This document shows positions 1 to 7,296 of a stretch of 32,000 nt of DNA, one piece after another. The stretch spans positions 210,001 to 242,000 of the forward strand of contig NZ_JAGIOS010000001.1 in NCBI RefSeq assembly GCF_017876815.1, given 5' to 3'. This DNA is from Sinorhizobium meliloti. GTDB lineage: Bacteria > Pseudomonadota > Alphaproteobacteria > Rhizobiales > Rhizobiaceae. Below the pieces are notes generated by a model. That model was not told the origin of the DNA, ran no database searches, and was given only the letters and a program-made list of their open reading frames with translations. Each line of letters opens with the position of its first letter. Position 1 is the first letter of the stretch. A program made the translations under genes and the position numbers.

Positions 1-218
1 AAACGCTCGGTCTCCCGGTGCCCGAACGAGATGTTGGTCTCGGTGTCGAGCACGGCGACGCCGAGGCGTCCGCCGGTACGCTCTTCAAGCTGGCGAAGCC
101 GCTCGGTCACGTCATCCTCCGCCGCACCGGACGCAAGCGCGGGCGTTCCCAGGACGAATGCCGGATAGAGCATGGCCGACGCGGCCAGCATTGCTCGGCG
201 GGTTATGTGCAAAGGCAT
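1..218 (-). CDS. Class A beta-lactamase, N-terminal part (3' end lies outside the window)
   Basis: Reverse-strand ATG at 216-218 preceded by GGAGGAAG. Manual translation: MPLHITRRAMLAASAMLYPAFVLGTPALASGAAEDDVTERLRQLEERTGGRLGVAVLDTETNISFGHRETERF. It has a Tat-like signal (TRRAML) and the conserved class A N-terminal block GGRLGVAxxDT...ERF that precedes the STxK motif. It is absent from the ORF track because it runs off the window edge. Confidence 0.8.
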   Translation of the reverse strand, partial: MPLHITRRAMLAASAMLYPAFVLGTPALASGAAEDDVTERLRQLEERTGGRLGVAVLDTETNISFGHRETER

Positions 219-440
219 GTCTTCCTCCGTCTGTGCGGCTCAAGCGCCGAGACATAGCTAAATTATTGATTTTGAATATTATTCCTATCGATTCCGACGG
301 TCGAATCGCTAAAGGGCGATTGCGGCGGGCTTGTGCCCGAAGGTGCGCTCTTCGATACGGGAACGAACCCCGGATGCCGCTTTCCAAGCTTGATCGACGG
401 CGGATCCTGCCCATATAAAGCTCTAGAGACTAGAGTATTC

Positions 441-469
441 GAAAAGTGCTGTGACGGTTTTCCGTCCGG
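441..469. repeat. Short copy of the dispersed core motif GAAAAGTG-N5/6-CGGTTTTCCG-YCCGG, preceded by CTCTAGAG at 421-428
   Basis: gaaaagtgctgtgacggttttccgtccgg closely resembles the cores at 6144-6172, 10592-10614, 10911-10936 and 15523-15552. Confidence 0.6.
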
Positions 470-504
470 AAGTGCGTAGTTTCAATGTTGGAGAAATGGG
501 GCGC

Positions 505-918
505 ATGTATACGATCGGCGATCTTTCCCGGCGGACGGGCGTAAAAATCCCGACCATCCGCTATTACGAGCAGATGGGTCTGCTCGCGGCACCGGAGCGC
601 TCGGAGGGCAATCAGCGCCGCTATGAAAAGCGTGAGCTCGAAACGCTCGCTTTCATCCGCCACGCACGCGACCTCGGACTTTCGATAGAGGCGATCCGGG
701 ACCTTCTGGCACTGAGCGAGCATCCGGAACGCCCCTGCGGCGAGGCGGACCGCATCGCCACCGAGCATCTTGCCTCCGTGCGGGAAAAGATCGCCCAGCT
801 CAGAAGGCTGGAGCATGAGCTCGAGCGCATCGTCGCTTGCCATGGCGACCACACGATCGGCGATTGCTATGTGATCCGCGCGCTCGCCGACCACTCGCTG
901 TGCGGAAACGAGCATTGA
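505..918 (+). CDS. MerR-family transcriptional regulator, heavy-metal-responsive (ZntR/CadR/PbrR-like) subtype
   Basis: MYTIGDLSRRTGVKIPTIRYYEQMGLL is a MerR HTH. FIRHARDLGLSIEAIRDLL, the Cys in ERPCGE at the start of the dimerisation helix, and the C-terminal CHGDHTIGDC loop align with E. coli ZntR (C79, C114/C115, H119, C124). GGAGA at 490-494 favours the ATG at 505; the ATG at 496 is an alternative. Confidence 0.85.
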   Translation: MYTIGDLSRRTGVKIPTIRYYEQMGLLAAPERSEGNQRRYEKRELETLAFIRHARDLGLSIEAIRDLLALSEHPERPCGEADRIATEHLASVREKIAQLRRLEHELERIVACHGDHTIGDCYVIRALADHSLCGNEH

Positions 919-1037
919 AATTCCTCGTTGACAAATTCCGGGATTTGGACAATCTACGCGCATGATCAAGAACGCGCCCATTTCCAGCGTATATTTTTGG
1001 CTGTTCCGATAGGAGCGGCCTGCTGATCATATTCAAC

Positions 1038-1066
1038 AAGGCCGCCATCAGGCGGCTTTTGTTTTT
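1038..1066 (+). terminator. Rho-independent terminator-like hairpin plus U-tract
   Basis: GCCGCC (1041-1046), loop ATCA, GGCGGC (1051-1056), followed directly by TTTTGTTTTT (1057-1066). Confidence 0.7.
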
Positions 1067-1107
1067 CACGGCACCTGATGGCGGCAGAGAACCATCAGGA
1101 GCCGAGA

Positions 1108-1611
1108 ATGCTGCAGACCGTCACCCCTACCCTTCAGCCCGTTCCGTCGGCGCGTGCGCCGATGGTGACGATCCGTTGCGCCAAGCCACGTGATCTCGCC
1201 GAATTGCGCGAGATGGTCGCCGAGCTTGCCGCCCATCACGGCGATGCCGCGACGATCACCCCCGAACAGCTCGAGCGGGATCTCTTCGGACGCACGCCCT
1301 GGATCACGGCACTGGTCGCAGAAGCCGGCGGCGCGTTGATCGGTTATGCCATTCTCGTCCCGCAATACCGGGCGGCCGAAGGTGCCCGCGGCATGGAAAT
1401 GCACCACCTCTTCGTCCGCCCCGGTCACCGCGGCACCGGCATCGGGCGCCACCTCGTGGCCAAGGCTCGCGAGCAGGCGAAAATGGCGGGCTGCGACTAC
1501 CTCTCGGTCAGTGCCGCCACCGGAAACTTCCAGGCGCACCGTTTCTACGAGTCCGAGCGCTTCGTGCCGCGCCCGGTAACCGGCATGCGCTACCTGCAGA
1601 AACTCGGGTAA
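1108..1611 (+). CDS. GNAT-family N-acetyltransferase
   Basis: The acetyl-CoA binding core LFVRPGHRGTGIGRHLVAKAREQAK (Q/RxxGxG/A type) and the C-terminal RFYESERF are typical GNAT. AGGAG at 1097-1101 favours the ATG at 1108; ATGs at 1078 and 1162 are alternatives. Confidence 0.85.
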   Translation: MLQTVTPTLQPVPSARAPMVTIRCAKPRDLAELREMVAELAAHHGDAATITPEQLERDLFGRTPWITALVAEAGGALIGYAILVPQYRAAEGARGMEMHHLFVRPGHRGTGIGRHLVAKAREQAKMAGCDYLSVSAATGNFQAHRFYESERFVPRPVTGMRYLQKLG

Positions 1612-1631
1612 GGGGGCCGCGGTCGCTGCGG

Positions 1632-2546
1632 TTACAGCGCCGGCAACGCCTTGAGGTAGGCCGCGATCGCATCGCGGTCGGAGGCCGGCAGCTCCGCCAT
1701 GTTCTTCTGAACCTCGACCATCGAGCCGCCGACCGTGTCGAAATCCGGCGTGAAGCCGGTTTCGAGATAGGAGGCGATGTCGGATGCACTCCAGTCCCCG
1801 ATACTTTTCGAAGACGGCGTGATGTCGGGGATTCGGCCTTCGCCTTCAGGATTGGGTGCGCCGGCGAGCCACCGGTCCTCCTCGAAACCGCCAAGCGCAT
1901 CGCGCGGCGTGTGACATTCGCCGCAATGACCAGGACCCTCCACGAGGTATTGCCCGCGGGCGAGCTTGGTGTCGGCGGTATTGACCTGAGTACGCGGCTC
2001 ATCGCTCAGATACAGCAGCTTCCATGCTCCGAGCGCCAGGCGGACATTATAGGGGAACGCCAGATCGTGCGGAGGTGTCGCGTTGCTGCTCTTCGGCAGC
2101 GTCTGCATGAAGCCCCAAAGGTCGTTCACGTCCTTGGCGGTCATCCGGATATAGGAGCCGTAGGGGAAGGAGGGATAGAGATGCTCGCCGTCCTTTCCGA
2201 CGCCGCGCGTCATGGCGTCGCCGAACTCCGCAAGCGTCCAGTTGCCGATGCCGACGGTTTCATCGGGGGAGATGTTGGGCGGATAAAACGTGCCGAAGGG
2301 GCTCTTCAGGGTACGGCCGCCGGTAAGGACGAGCCTCTGGTCGTCCTTGGCGCCCGGAGCGGAGTGGCAGCTGACACAGCCGCCTGCCCAGAAGATCTGT
2401 TCGCCATTGGCGAGATCGGGCCCGCCGAGCCCCTCCCAATGGGCGGCGTCCCAACGATCCGGCTTGGTCAACCACCAGGCGAGACTCGCTCCCGCCACCA
2501 CCAGCAGGACCAGACCAGAAAGCAGATACCTCGCACGCCGGCCCAT
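1632..2546 (-). CDS. cycG: Dihaem c-type cytochrome, membrane-anchored
   Basis: N-terminal TM helix (YLLSGLVLLVVAGASLAWW) and two haem-binding motifs, CVSCH and CGECH. It lies directly downstream of the cytochrome c-556-like gene, as in the S. meliloti cycF-cycG pair (symbol assigned from memory). Confidence 0.85.
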   Translation of the reverse strand: MGRRARYLLSGLVLLVVAGASLAWWLTKPDRWDAAHWEGLGGPDLANGEQIFWAGGCVSCHSAPGAKDDQRLVLTGGRTLKSPFGTFYPPNISPDETVGIGNWTLAEFGDAMTRGVGKDGEHLYPSFPYGSYIRMTAKDVNDLWGFMQTLPKSSNATPPHDLAFPYNVRLALGAWKLLYLSDEPRTQVNTADTKLARGQYLVEGPGHCGECHTPRDALGGFEEDRWLAGAPNPEGEGRIPDITPSSKSIGDWSASDIASYLETGFTPDFDTVGGSMVEVQKNMAELPASDRDAIAAYLKALPAL

Positions 2547-2667
2547 GGGCTCCTCTTGAGATCACGAATGCGGATGACAACGGCCGGTGGGCTTTCGACC
2601 TGCTTGCGGAGAGATCGCGCCGGCGAACCGGCGCGCTTCAAAACGGGTTAGAAGAACCGTCTGATCG

Positions 2668-3117
2668 TCAATTCTTCTTCAGACGGTAGGTCTCGTGACA
2701 GCTGCTGCAGTCCTTTCCGAGAATGCCGAGTGCGGCGCCGACACCGGCCTGATCTGCGGGCAGTTGGGCAAGGATCTTTTCAGCGTCACCGCCGAGCTTG
2801 GCGGCCTTTTCCTTGAAGTCCTCCATGTTCTCCCAAATTTTTTGGCTCGCTTCGGTTTCCATTCCCGTTTCAGAGCCGGCCGGGAAGTGATTCGGGAAGA
2901 CCTTCACCGTCTCGCTGATCGTCGCCAGAGATGCTTTGACGATCTCGGCGTCATAGGGCTTTTCACCCTTGGCGATGCCGCTGAGTTCGCCCGTCGCCTT
3001 TCCCACCTTTTTCATCAACTGCTGACGCACCGCCTGCGGCTCGTCGGCCGCCGTCACGGCGGTCACGCCCAGGCCCGCCAAGGCTGCGGCAAGCATAAGA
3101 GCTCGTATCTTCATCAT
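2668..3117 (-). CDS. cycF: Class II cytochrome c (cytochrome c-556 / c'-like), periplasmic
   Basis: Start at MMKIRALMLAAALAGLGVTAVTAADEP (signal peptide), with GGAGAAC 1-2 nt upstream of the ATG at 3115-3117. A single C-terminal haem motif CSSCH near the end of a four-helix-bundle-sized protein is the class II signature. The longer 191-aa track ORF is an upstream extension. Confidence 0.85.
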   Translation of the reverse strand: MMKIRALMLAAALAGLGVTAVTAADEPQAVRQQLMKKVGKATGELSGIAKGEKPYDAEIVKASLATISETVKVFPNHFPAGSETGMETEASQKIWENMEDFKEKAAKLGGDAEKILAQLPADQAGVGAALGILGKDCSSCHETYRLKKN

Positions 3118-3321
3118 GTTCTCCGGTCTGACCCGCTTCCGGGGCGTAGTGTTGAAGCGCCGGCATGATGGCATTTTGGGTTTTCTACGGAAGTAACTTT
3201 TTTTTGATGTGCTTGCCGATTCAGCACAATTCGCCGCGCACATACCTGGCCGCGCGGCGACGTCTTCAAAAGTTCAAATATATGAATATAGAACTCATCT
3301 TTCTACTTGATCGACCGCGTC

Positions 3322-3960
3322 TCAAGCAGCCCCGCTCCAGCCATGCCATACCGTGAAGACGGCGATGACGACGAGGAGGAGACCGGCGAGCCGGCCGATG
3401 GTGACCGTGGCACCGGGGCTGCCCACGAGGAAATCACGCCCGCGCCCGGCGGCAAGTGCAAGCCCGCCATAGACCGCAAGCTGCGTCAGCGCGATCATCA
3501 CGGCCATGACGGCCGCCTGGGACCACACCGGACCGAACTGCGGCTTGAGGAACTGCGGGTAGACGGCAAGCATGAAGAGATAGGCCTTGGGATTCATAAG
3601 GCTCGTCAGTGCACCCTGGCGAAAACTCGCCCAACGCGACAGCCGTGCTCCTCCTTCGACACCGCTGATGGTGATGGAACTGCGCAGGAGCGAAAAACCG
3701 ATCCAGGCGATATAGGCCGCGCCGGCAGCGAGCAGCAGGTTGAAGAGTTGGGGCACCAGATGCAGGACGACGCTGACGCCAAGGGCCGCATAGAGCGTGT
3801 GCAGCACGCCGCCTGCCACGATACCGGCCGTTGCCGAAAGCCCGGAAGCGCGCCCGCCGGTCATCGCATTCGCGAGGACGAAAACCATGTCCATGCCGGG
3901 AACGATGATGATGCCGAAGAGAAGGGTGAAAAAGAGCCAGAGGTTTTCCGCATAGGTCAT
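3322..3960 (-). CDS. LysE/RhtB-family amino-acid efflux permease
   Basis: The 212-aa polytopic membrane protein has the N-terminus MTYAENLWLFFTLLFGIIIVPGMDMVFVLANAM and an internal LTSLMNPKAYLF motif, both characteristic of the LysE/RhtB family. Confidence 0.85.
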   Translation of the reverse strand: MTYAENLWLFFTLLFGIIIVPGMDMVFVLANAMTGGRASGLSATAGIVAGGVLHTLYAALGVSVVLHLVPQLFNLLLAAGAAYIAWIGFSLLRSSITISGVEGGARLSRWASFRQGALTSLMNPKAYLFMLAVYPQFLKPQFGPVWSQAAVMAVMIALTQLAVYGGLALAAGRGRDFLVGSPGATVTIGRLAGLLLVVIAVFTVWHGWSGAA

Positions 3961-4087
3961 GTCAGTTGCTCATCCGATTTCCGTGATATCTCAAGGGCGG
4001 ATTGTTTAGTTTCAACCCGTTGGCGCGTGTTATATCTTTCTCCAACTGACAAGGTCGTGTCAGGAGTGAGCAGATAGAGGGCGCTTC

Positions 4088-4801
4088 ATGCGCAAGGCGT
4101 CGCGTCTTTTCGAAATCATCCAGATGCTGCGGCTCGCCCGTAAACCGGTGACGGCGGCGGAAATCGCCGACGCGCTGGAGGTGACGCCCCGTTCGATCTA
4201 CCGGGACATCGCCGCCCTGCAGGCGATGCGCGTGCCGATCGAGGGCGAGCGTGGCATCGGCTATATCCTGAGGCCCGGCTTTGACCTGCCGCCGCTGATG
4301 TTCTCGATCGAGGAGACGGAGGCGATCGTGCTTGCGCTTGCGCTTCTTGCACGCACCGGCGACGAGGAACTGAAGGCGGCGGCACGGCGCGTCAATCAGA
4401 AGATCACAGGCGCCGTGCCGGAACCGCTGCGCAAGGTCTTCCAGTCACAGGCGCTGCACGCCTGGGGCACGATCGCCTCGCCGCCGCCGGCGGCCGACTT
4501 GGCCATGATCCGGCGGGCGATCCGTGACGAGCAGAAGCTGGTGCTGGACTATCGCGACGAGCTTGGGCGCGCGACCGAGCGCACGGTACTCCCGCTTGCG
4601 CTGATCTATTATTCCGAACACGCGATGATGGTCGCGTGGTGCGAATTGCGGCAGGATATCCGCAATTTCCGCGCCGACCGCGTTGAACACTGCGAACCTG
4701 CCGACGCCTATTTCCGCGGCGAAGGCAACCGGCTGAGGCAGATGTGGATTGCGGGATGGCAGACAAATGCGGTTCGGCCGCTCGAGGCGGCGGACGGGTA
4801 A
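4088..4801 (+). CDS. YafY-family transcriptional regulator (DeoR-type HTH plus WYL domain)
   Basis: N-terminal RLFEIIQMLRLARKPVTAAEIADALEVTPRSIYRDIAALQAMRVPIEGERGIGY is the YafY HTH_11 signature. The C-terminal half has a WYL-like region (LVLDYRDELGRATERTVLPLALIYYSEHAMMVAWCELR). It is divergent from the LysE gene. Confidence 0.85.
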   Translation: MRKASRLFEIIQMLRLARKPVTAAEIADALEVTPRSIYRDIAALQAMRVPIEGERGIGYILRPGFDLPPLMFSIEETEAIVLALALLARTGDEELKAAARRVNQKITGAVPEPLRKVFQSQALHAWGTIASPPPAADLAMIRRAIRDEQKLVLDYRDELGRATERTVLPLALIYYSEHAMMVAWCELRQDIRNFRADRVEHCEPADAYFRGEGNRLRQMWIAGWQTNAVRPLEAADG

Positions 4802-4813
4802 GCCGGAGCCCCA

Positions 4814-4842
4814 ACGAAAAGGCCCGGCGCAAGCGCCGGGCC
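4814..4842 (-). terminator. Intrinsic terminator downstream of sodB (hairpin shared by convergent genes)
   Basis: GGCCCGGCG-CAA-CGCCGGGCC at 4821-4842. On the minus strand it is followed by TTTTCGTT. Confidence 0.7.
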
Positions 4843-4866
4843 GATTTCCGCTGGTAGAAGCAGCGC

Positions 4867-5469
4867 TTACTTTGCAGCCGCTTCGTACAGCTCGAGGACG
4901 TAATCCCAGTTGATGAGATTGTCGACGAAGGCTTCCAGGTATTTCGGACGCGCGTTGCGATAGTCGATGTAATAGGAATGCTCCCACACATCGACGCCGA
5001 GGATCGGGGTTGCGCCGTGGACGAGCGGGTTCTCGCCGTTCGGGGTCTTGGAGATTTCCAGCTTGCCGTTCTTCACGGAAAGCCAGGCCCAGCCCGAGCC
5101 GAACTGACCTGCGCCGGCAGCAATGAAATCGGCGCGGAACTTGTCGTAGCCGCCGAGGTCCGATTTGATCGCCGCGTCGAGCTTGCCGGGCAGGCTGGTG
5201 CCGCCGCCGCCCTTCTTCATCCACTTCCAGAAGTGAACGTGGTTGTAGTGCTGGCCGGCATTGTTGAACAACGGCTGATTGGTGCCGTAGGACTTCTTGA
5301 CGATATCTTCCAGCGAAAGATCGGAAAGACCGGCTTCCTCGGCGAGCTTGTTGCCGTTCGTCACGTAAGCGAGGTGGTGCTTGTCGTGATGGTATTCGAG
5401 CGTTTCGCGCGACATGTAGGGCGCAAGCGCATCGTAGTCATAGGGAAGGTTCGGCAATTCGAAAGCCAT
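4867..5469 (-). CDS. sodB: Fe/Mn superoxide dismutase
   Basis: MAFELPNLPYDYDALAPYMSRETLEYHHDKHH ... DVWEHSYYIDYRN are canonical Fe/Mn-SOD motifs. The start is at the ATG at 5467-5469; the track ORF carries a 7-aa upstream extension. Confidence 0.95.
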   Translation of the reverse strand: MAFELPNLPYDYDALAPYMSRETLEYHHDKHHLAYVTNGNKLAEEAGLSDLSLEDIVKKSYGTNQPLFNNAGQHYNHVHFWKWMKKGGGGTSLPGKLDAAIKSDLGGYDKFRADFIAAGAGQFGSGWAWLSVKNGKLEISKTPNGENPLVHGATPILGVDVWEHSYYIDYRNARPKYLEAFVDNLINWDYVLELYEAAAK

Positions 5470-5701
5470 TGTGGCATCTCCTCTTGGCATGGATTTCGTC
5501 GGGGAAATCTGTCAGCGGAACATAGGCACCGCCTCGCAGGGAGGCAACCGATGCAGCGCCAAAATTTCGCTAACCCACGCAAAATACTTTCATTGCTTTC
5601 GTGACTTCCGCCTGCGCGCGCAAGCGTCTCGACGCGCCGCCTTGCGGTCCTATCTTACGTTATCGAGAGCATGATGCCCAACCGTGCCACAGGAGAAAAC
5701 G

Positions 5702-6112
5702 ATGGAATTCCACCAGGGACGGCTCATCGATCACGTGCATCTTCGCGTCGCGGACCTTAGGGCGAGCAAGCGGTTCTATCAGGCGGTGCTCGGCGCGCTT
5801 GGCCACCAGCCGACCTACGAGACCGACGAGTTCTTTGCGTTCGACGAGTTCTTCGTCGACGCGGCAGAGGATTACCGCACCCGCGTCCACCTCGCCTTCC
5901 AGGCCTCAGGCCCCGATGCGGTGCAGCGGTTCTACGACGCCGGACTGGCCAATGGCGGCACCGACAATGGACCGCCCGGAGAGCGAAGCTACCATCCGGG
6001 CTATTATGCCGCGTTTCTCCTCGACCCGGACGGCAACAATGTCGAAGCCGTCCATCACGGACCGAACACGCGCTCGTCCGCCGATGTGGTCGTCCGTCCG
6101 CTTGAACCGTAA
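5702..6112 (+). CDS. VOC (glyoxalase / bleomycin-resistance / dioxygenase) family protein
   Basis: MEFHQGRLIDHVHLRVADLRASKRFYQAVLG ... YAAFLLDPDGNNVEAV is a typical VOC fold signature. AGGAGAAAACG lies upstream of the ATG at 5702. Confidence 0.85.
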   Translation: MEFHQGRLIDHVHLRVADLRASKRFYQAVLGALGHQPTYETDEFFAFDEFFVDAAEDYRTRVHLAFQASGPDAVQRFYDAGLANGGTDNGPPGERSYHPGYYAAFLLDPDGNNVEAVHHGPNTRSSADVVVRPLEP

Positions 6113-6131
6113 CCTTCGAAGAGCGGTTGGC

Positions 6132-6246
6132 TAGAGCGGGATGAGGAAAAGTGTGTGCGGTTTTCCGCCCGCATCCCGCTCTAACCTATTGGAATCGATC
6201 ACGTTCATGTTTATAGGTCGACCCGACCTATAAACATCGTGATCTA
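6132..6246. repeat. Composite palindromic intergenic repeat (module 1 plus module 2), the complete copy
   Basis: Module 1 (6132-6183) has 12-bp perfect arms TAGAGCGGGATG / CATCCCGCTCTA around GGAAAAGTGTGTGCGGTTTTCCG. Module 2 (6185-6246) has a long hairpin, GATCACGTTCATGTTTATAGGTCG / CGACCTATAAACAT-CGTGATC. Near-identical copies are at 10585-10675 and 10897-10936. It sits between convergent genes. Confidence 0.9.
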
Positions 6247-6259
6247 GCCTGGGAGCAGA

Positions 6260-7141
6260 TCACTCCCTTTCGGTCGCGTGCGCCCAGTCCATATAGAGAT
6301 CGCGCGCCTTCGCCGTGACCGGACCGGCCTGCAATTCGCGCTGCTCGAGGCGGGTGACGGGCAGCACCTTGGAATAATTACCCGAGGTGAAGATTTCGTC
6401 GGCCCCCTCGAAATCGGCCATGGTCAAGCTGGTTTCGATCACTTCGAAGCCTGCCTCGCTGAGAAGCCCCATCACGCGCGAGCGGGTGATGCCGGCGAGG
6501 AAGGTCCTGTTGGCGGCCGGCGTGAAGACGACGCCGTCCTTCACCATGAAGATATTCGAGGAGCCGGTCTCCGCGATGTTGCCGAGCATGTCGCGCACCA
6601 GTGCATTGTCGAAACCGCGCGAACGTGCCTCGTTGAGGATGCGGGCGTTGTTGGGATAGAGGCAGCCGGCCTTGGCATCGGTCGGCATGCATTCCAGCGT
6701 CGGTCGGCGGAAGGGAGAGAGCGTCAGCGACGAGCCGGCATGGCCGTTGCCCATCGGCGCCTCGAAAAGGCAAAGCGCGAAGCGTGTCGATTCAGGATCC
6801 ACCGCAACGACGCTCCAGGATCCGTGCTCGCCCCAATACATGGGCTTCACATAGATCGCCGTCTTGCCGTCGAACTTCTTCACGCCTTCCCAGGCCAATC
6901 CCTCGATCTCCTCGGCCGACATCGTCGGCTTGAGACCCAGAGCCTCGGCGGAGCGGTTGACGCGCTGGCAATGGAGGTCGAGATCCGGCGCGATGCCGTC
7001 GAACCAGCGGGCGCCGTCGAATACGGTCGAACCGAGCCACATCGCATGGGATGTCGGGCCGATCAGCGGCGGGTTGCCGGCAAGCCACTCGCCGTCGACA
7101 AAGGTCCAGGTGGTGGATCGTGGGGATGTATCGACGGCCAT
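6260..7141 (-). CDS. Branched-chain amino-acid aminotransferase (class IV PLP aminotransferase)
   Basis: 293 aa starting at MAVDTSPRSTTWTFVDGEW (GGAGGCACCG upstream of the ATG at 7139-7141). Class IV features include YVKPMYWG and SNIFMVKDGVVFTP. Confidence 0.85.
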   Translation of the reverse strand: MAVDTSPRSTTWTFVDGEWLAGNPPLIGPTSHAMWLGSTVFDGARWFDGIAPDLDLHCQRVNRSAEALGLKPTMSAEEIEGLAWEGVKKFDGKTAIYVKPMYWGEHGSWSVVAVDPESTRFALCLFEAPMGNGHAGSSLTLSPFRRPTLECMPTDAKAGCLYPNNARILNEARSRGFDNALVRDMLGNIAETGSSNIFMVKDGVVFTPAANRTFLAGITRSRVMGLLSEAGFEVIETSLTMADFEGADEIFTSGNYSKVLPVTRLEQRELQAGPVTAKARDLYMDWAHATERE

Positions 7142-7296
7142 CGGTGCCTCCTTCTTTTCTTCACGCACTTCCGCTCTATCCGGAAAAAGCAGCATGAGGG
7201 TGAATGGGTACATCAAAAAATGTCATGGCGTCCATTCTGTCGCCCTCCCGAGCGACGTGTCAGAATGATGAAAACGCCCAAAGGGAGAGATCGCCG

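Noticed and set aside
112-414. 100-aa minus-strand ORF and 86-aa plus-strand ORF in the beta-lactamase upstream region
   Set aside because: They overlap the beta-lactamase coding start in another frame or lie antisense to it. Their composition is Arg-rich and they have no SD.
413-443. MerR-type promoter on the minus strand: TTCGAA, a 19-bp spacer containing the dyad CTCTAG-AGA-CTAGAG (421-435), then TTATAT, pointing toward the beta-lactamase gene
   Set aside because: The CTCTAGAG block followed by GAAAAGTG...CGGTTTTCCG is collinear with the start of the dispersed repeat (compare TCTCTAGAGCGAGGAAAAGTG at 10581-10600). The dyad is therefore more simply a degenerate repeat copy. The -35 hexamer is poor. 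I keep it only as a weak possibility, testable by EMSA.
3118-3321. FNR/FixK (TTGAT-N4-ATCAA) or NnrR-type box upstream of the cytochrome c-556-like gene
   Set aside because: I found only TGTGCT-N9-AGCACA and an imperfect AT-rich dyad (GTTC...GAAC). Neither has the spacing of the FNR/FixK consensus, so no call is made.
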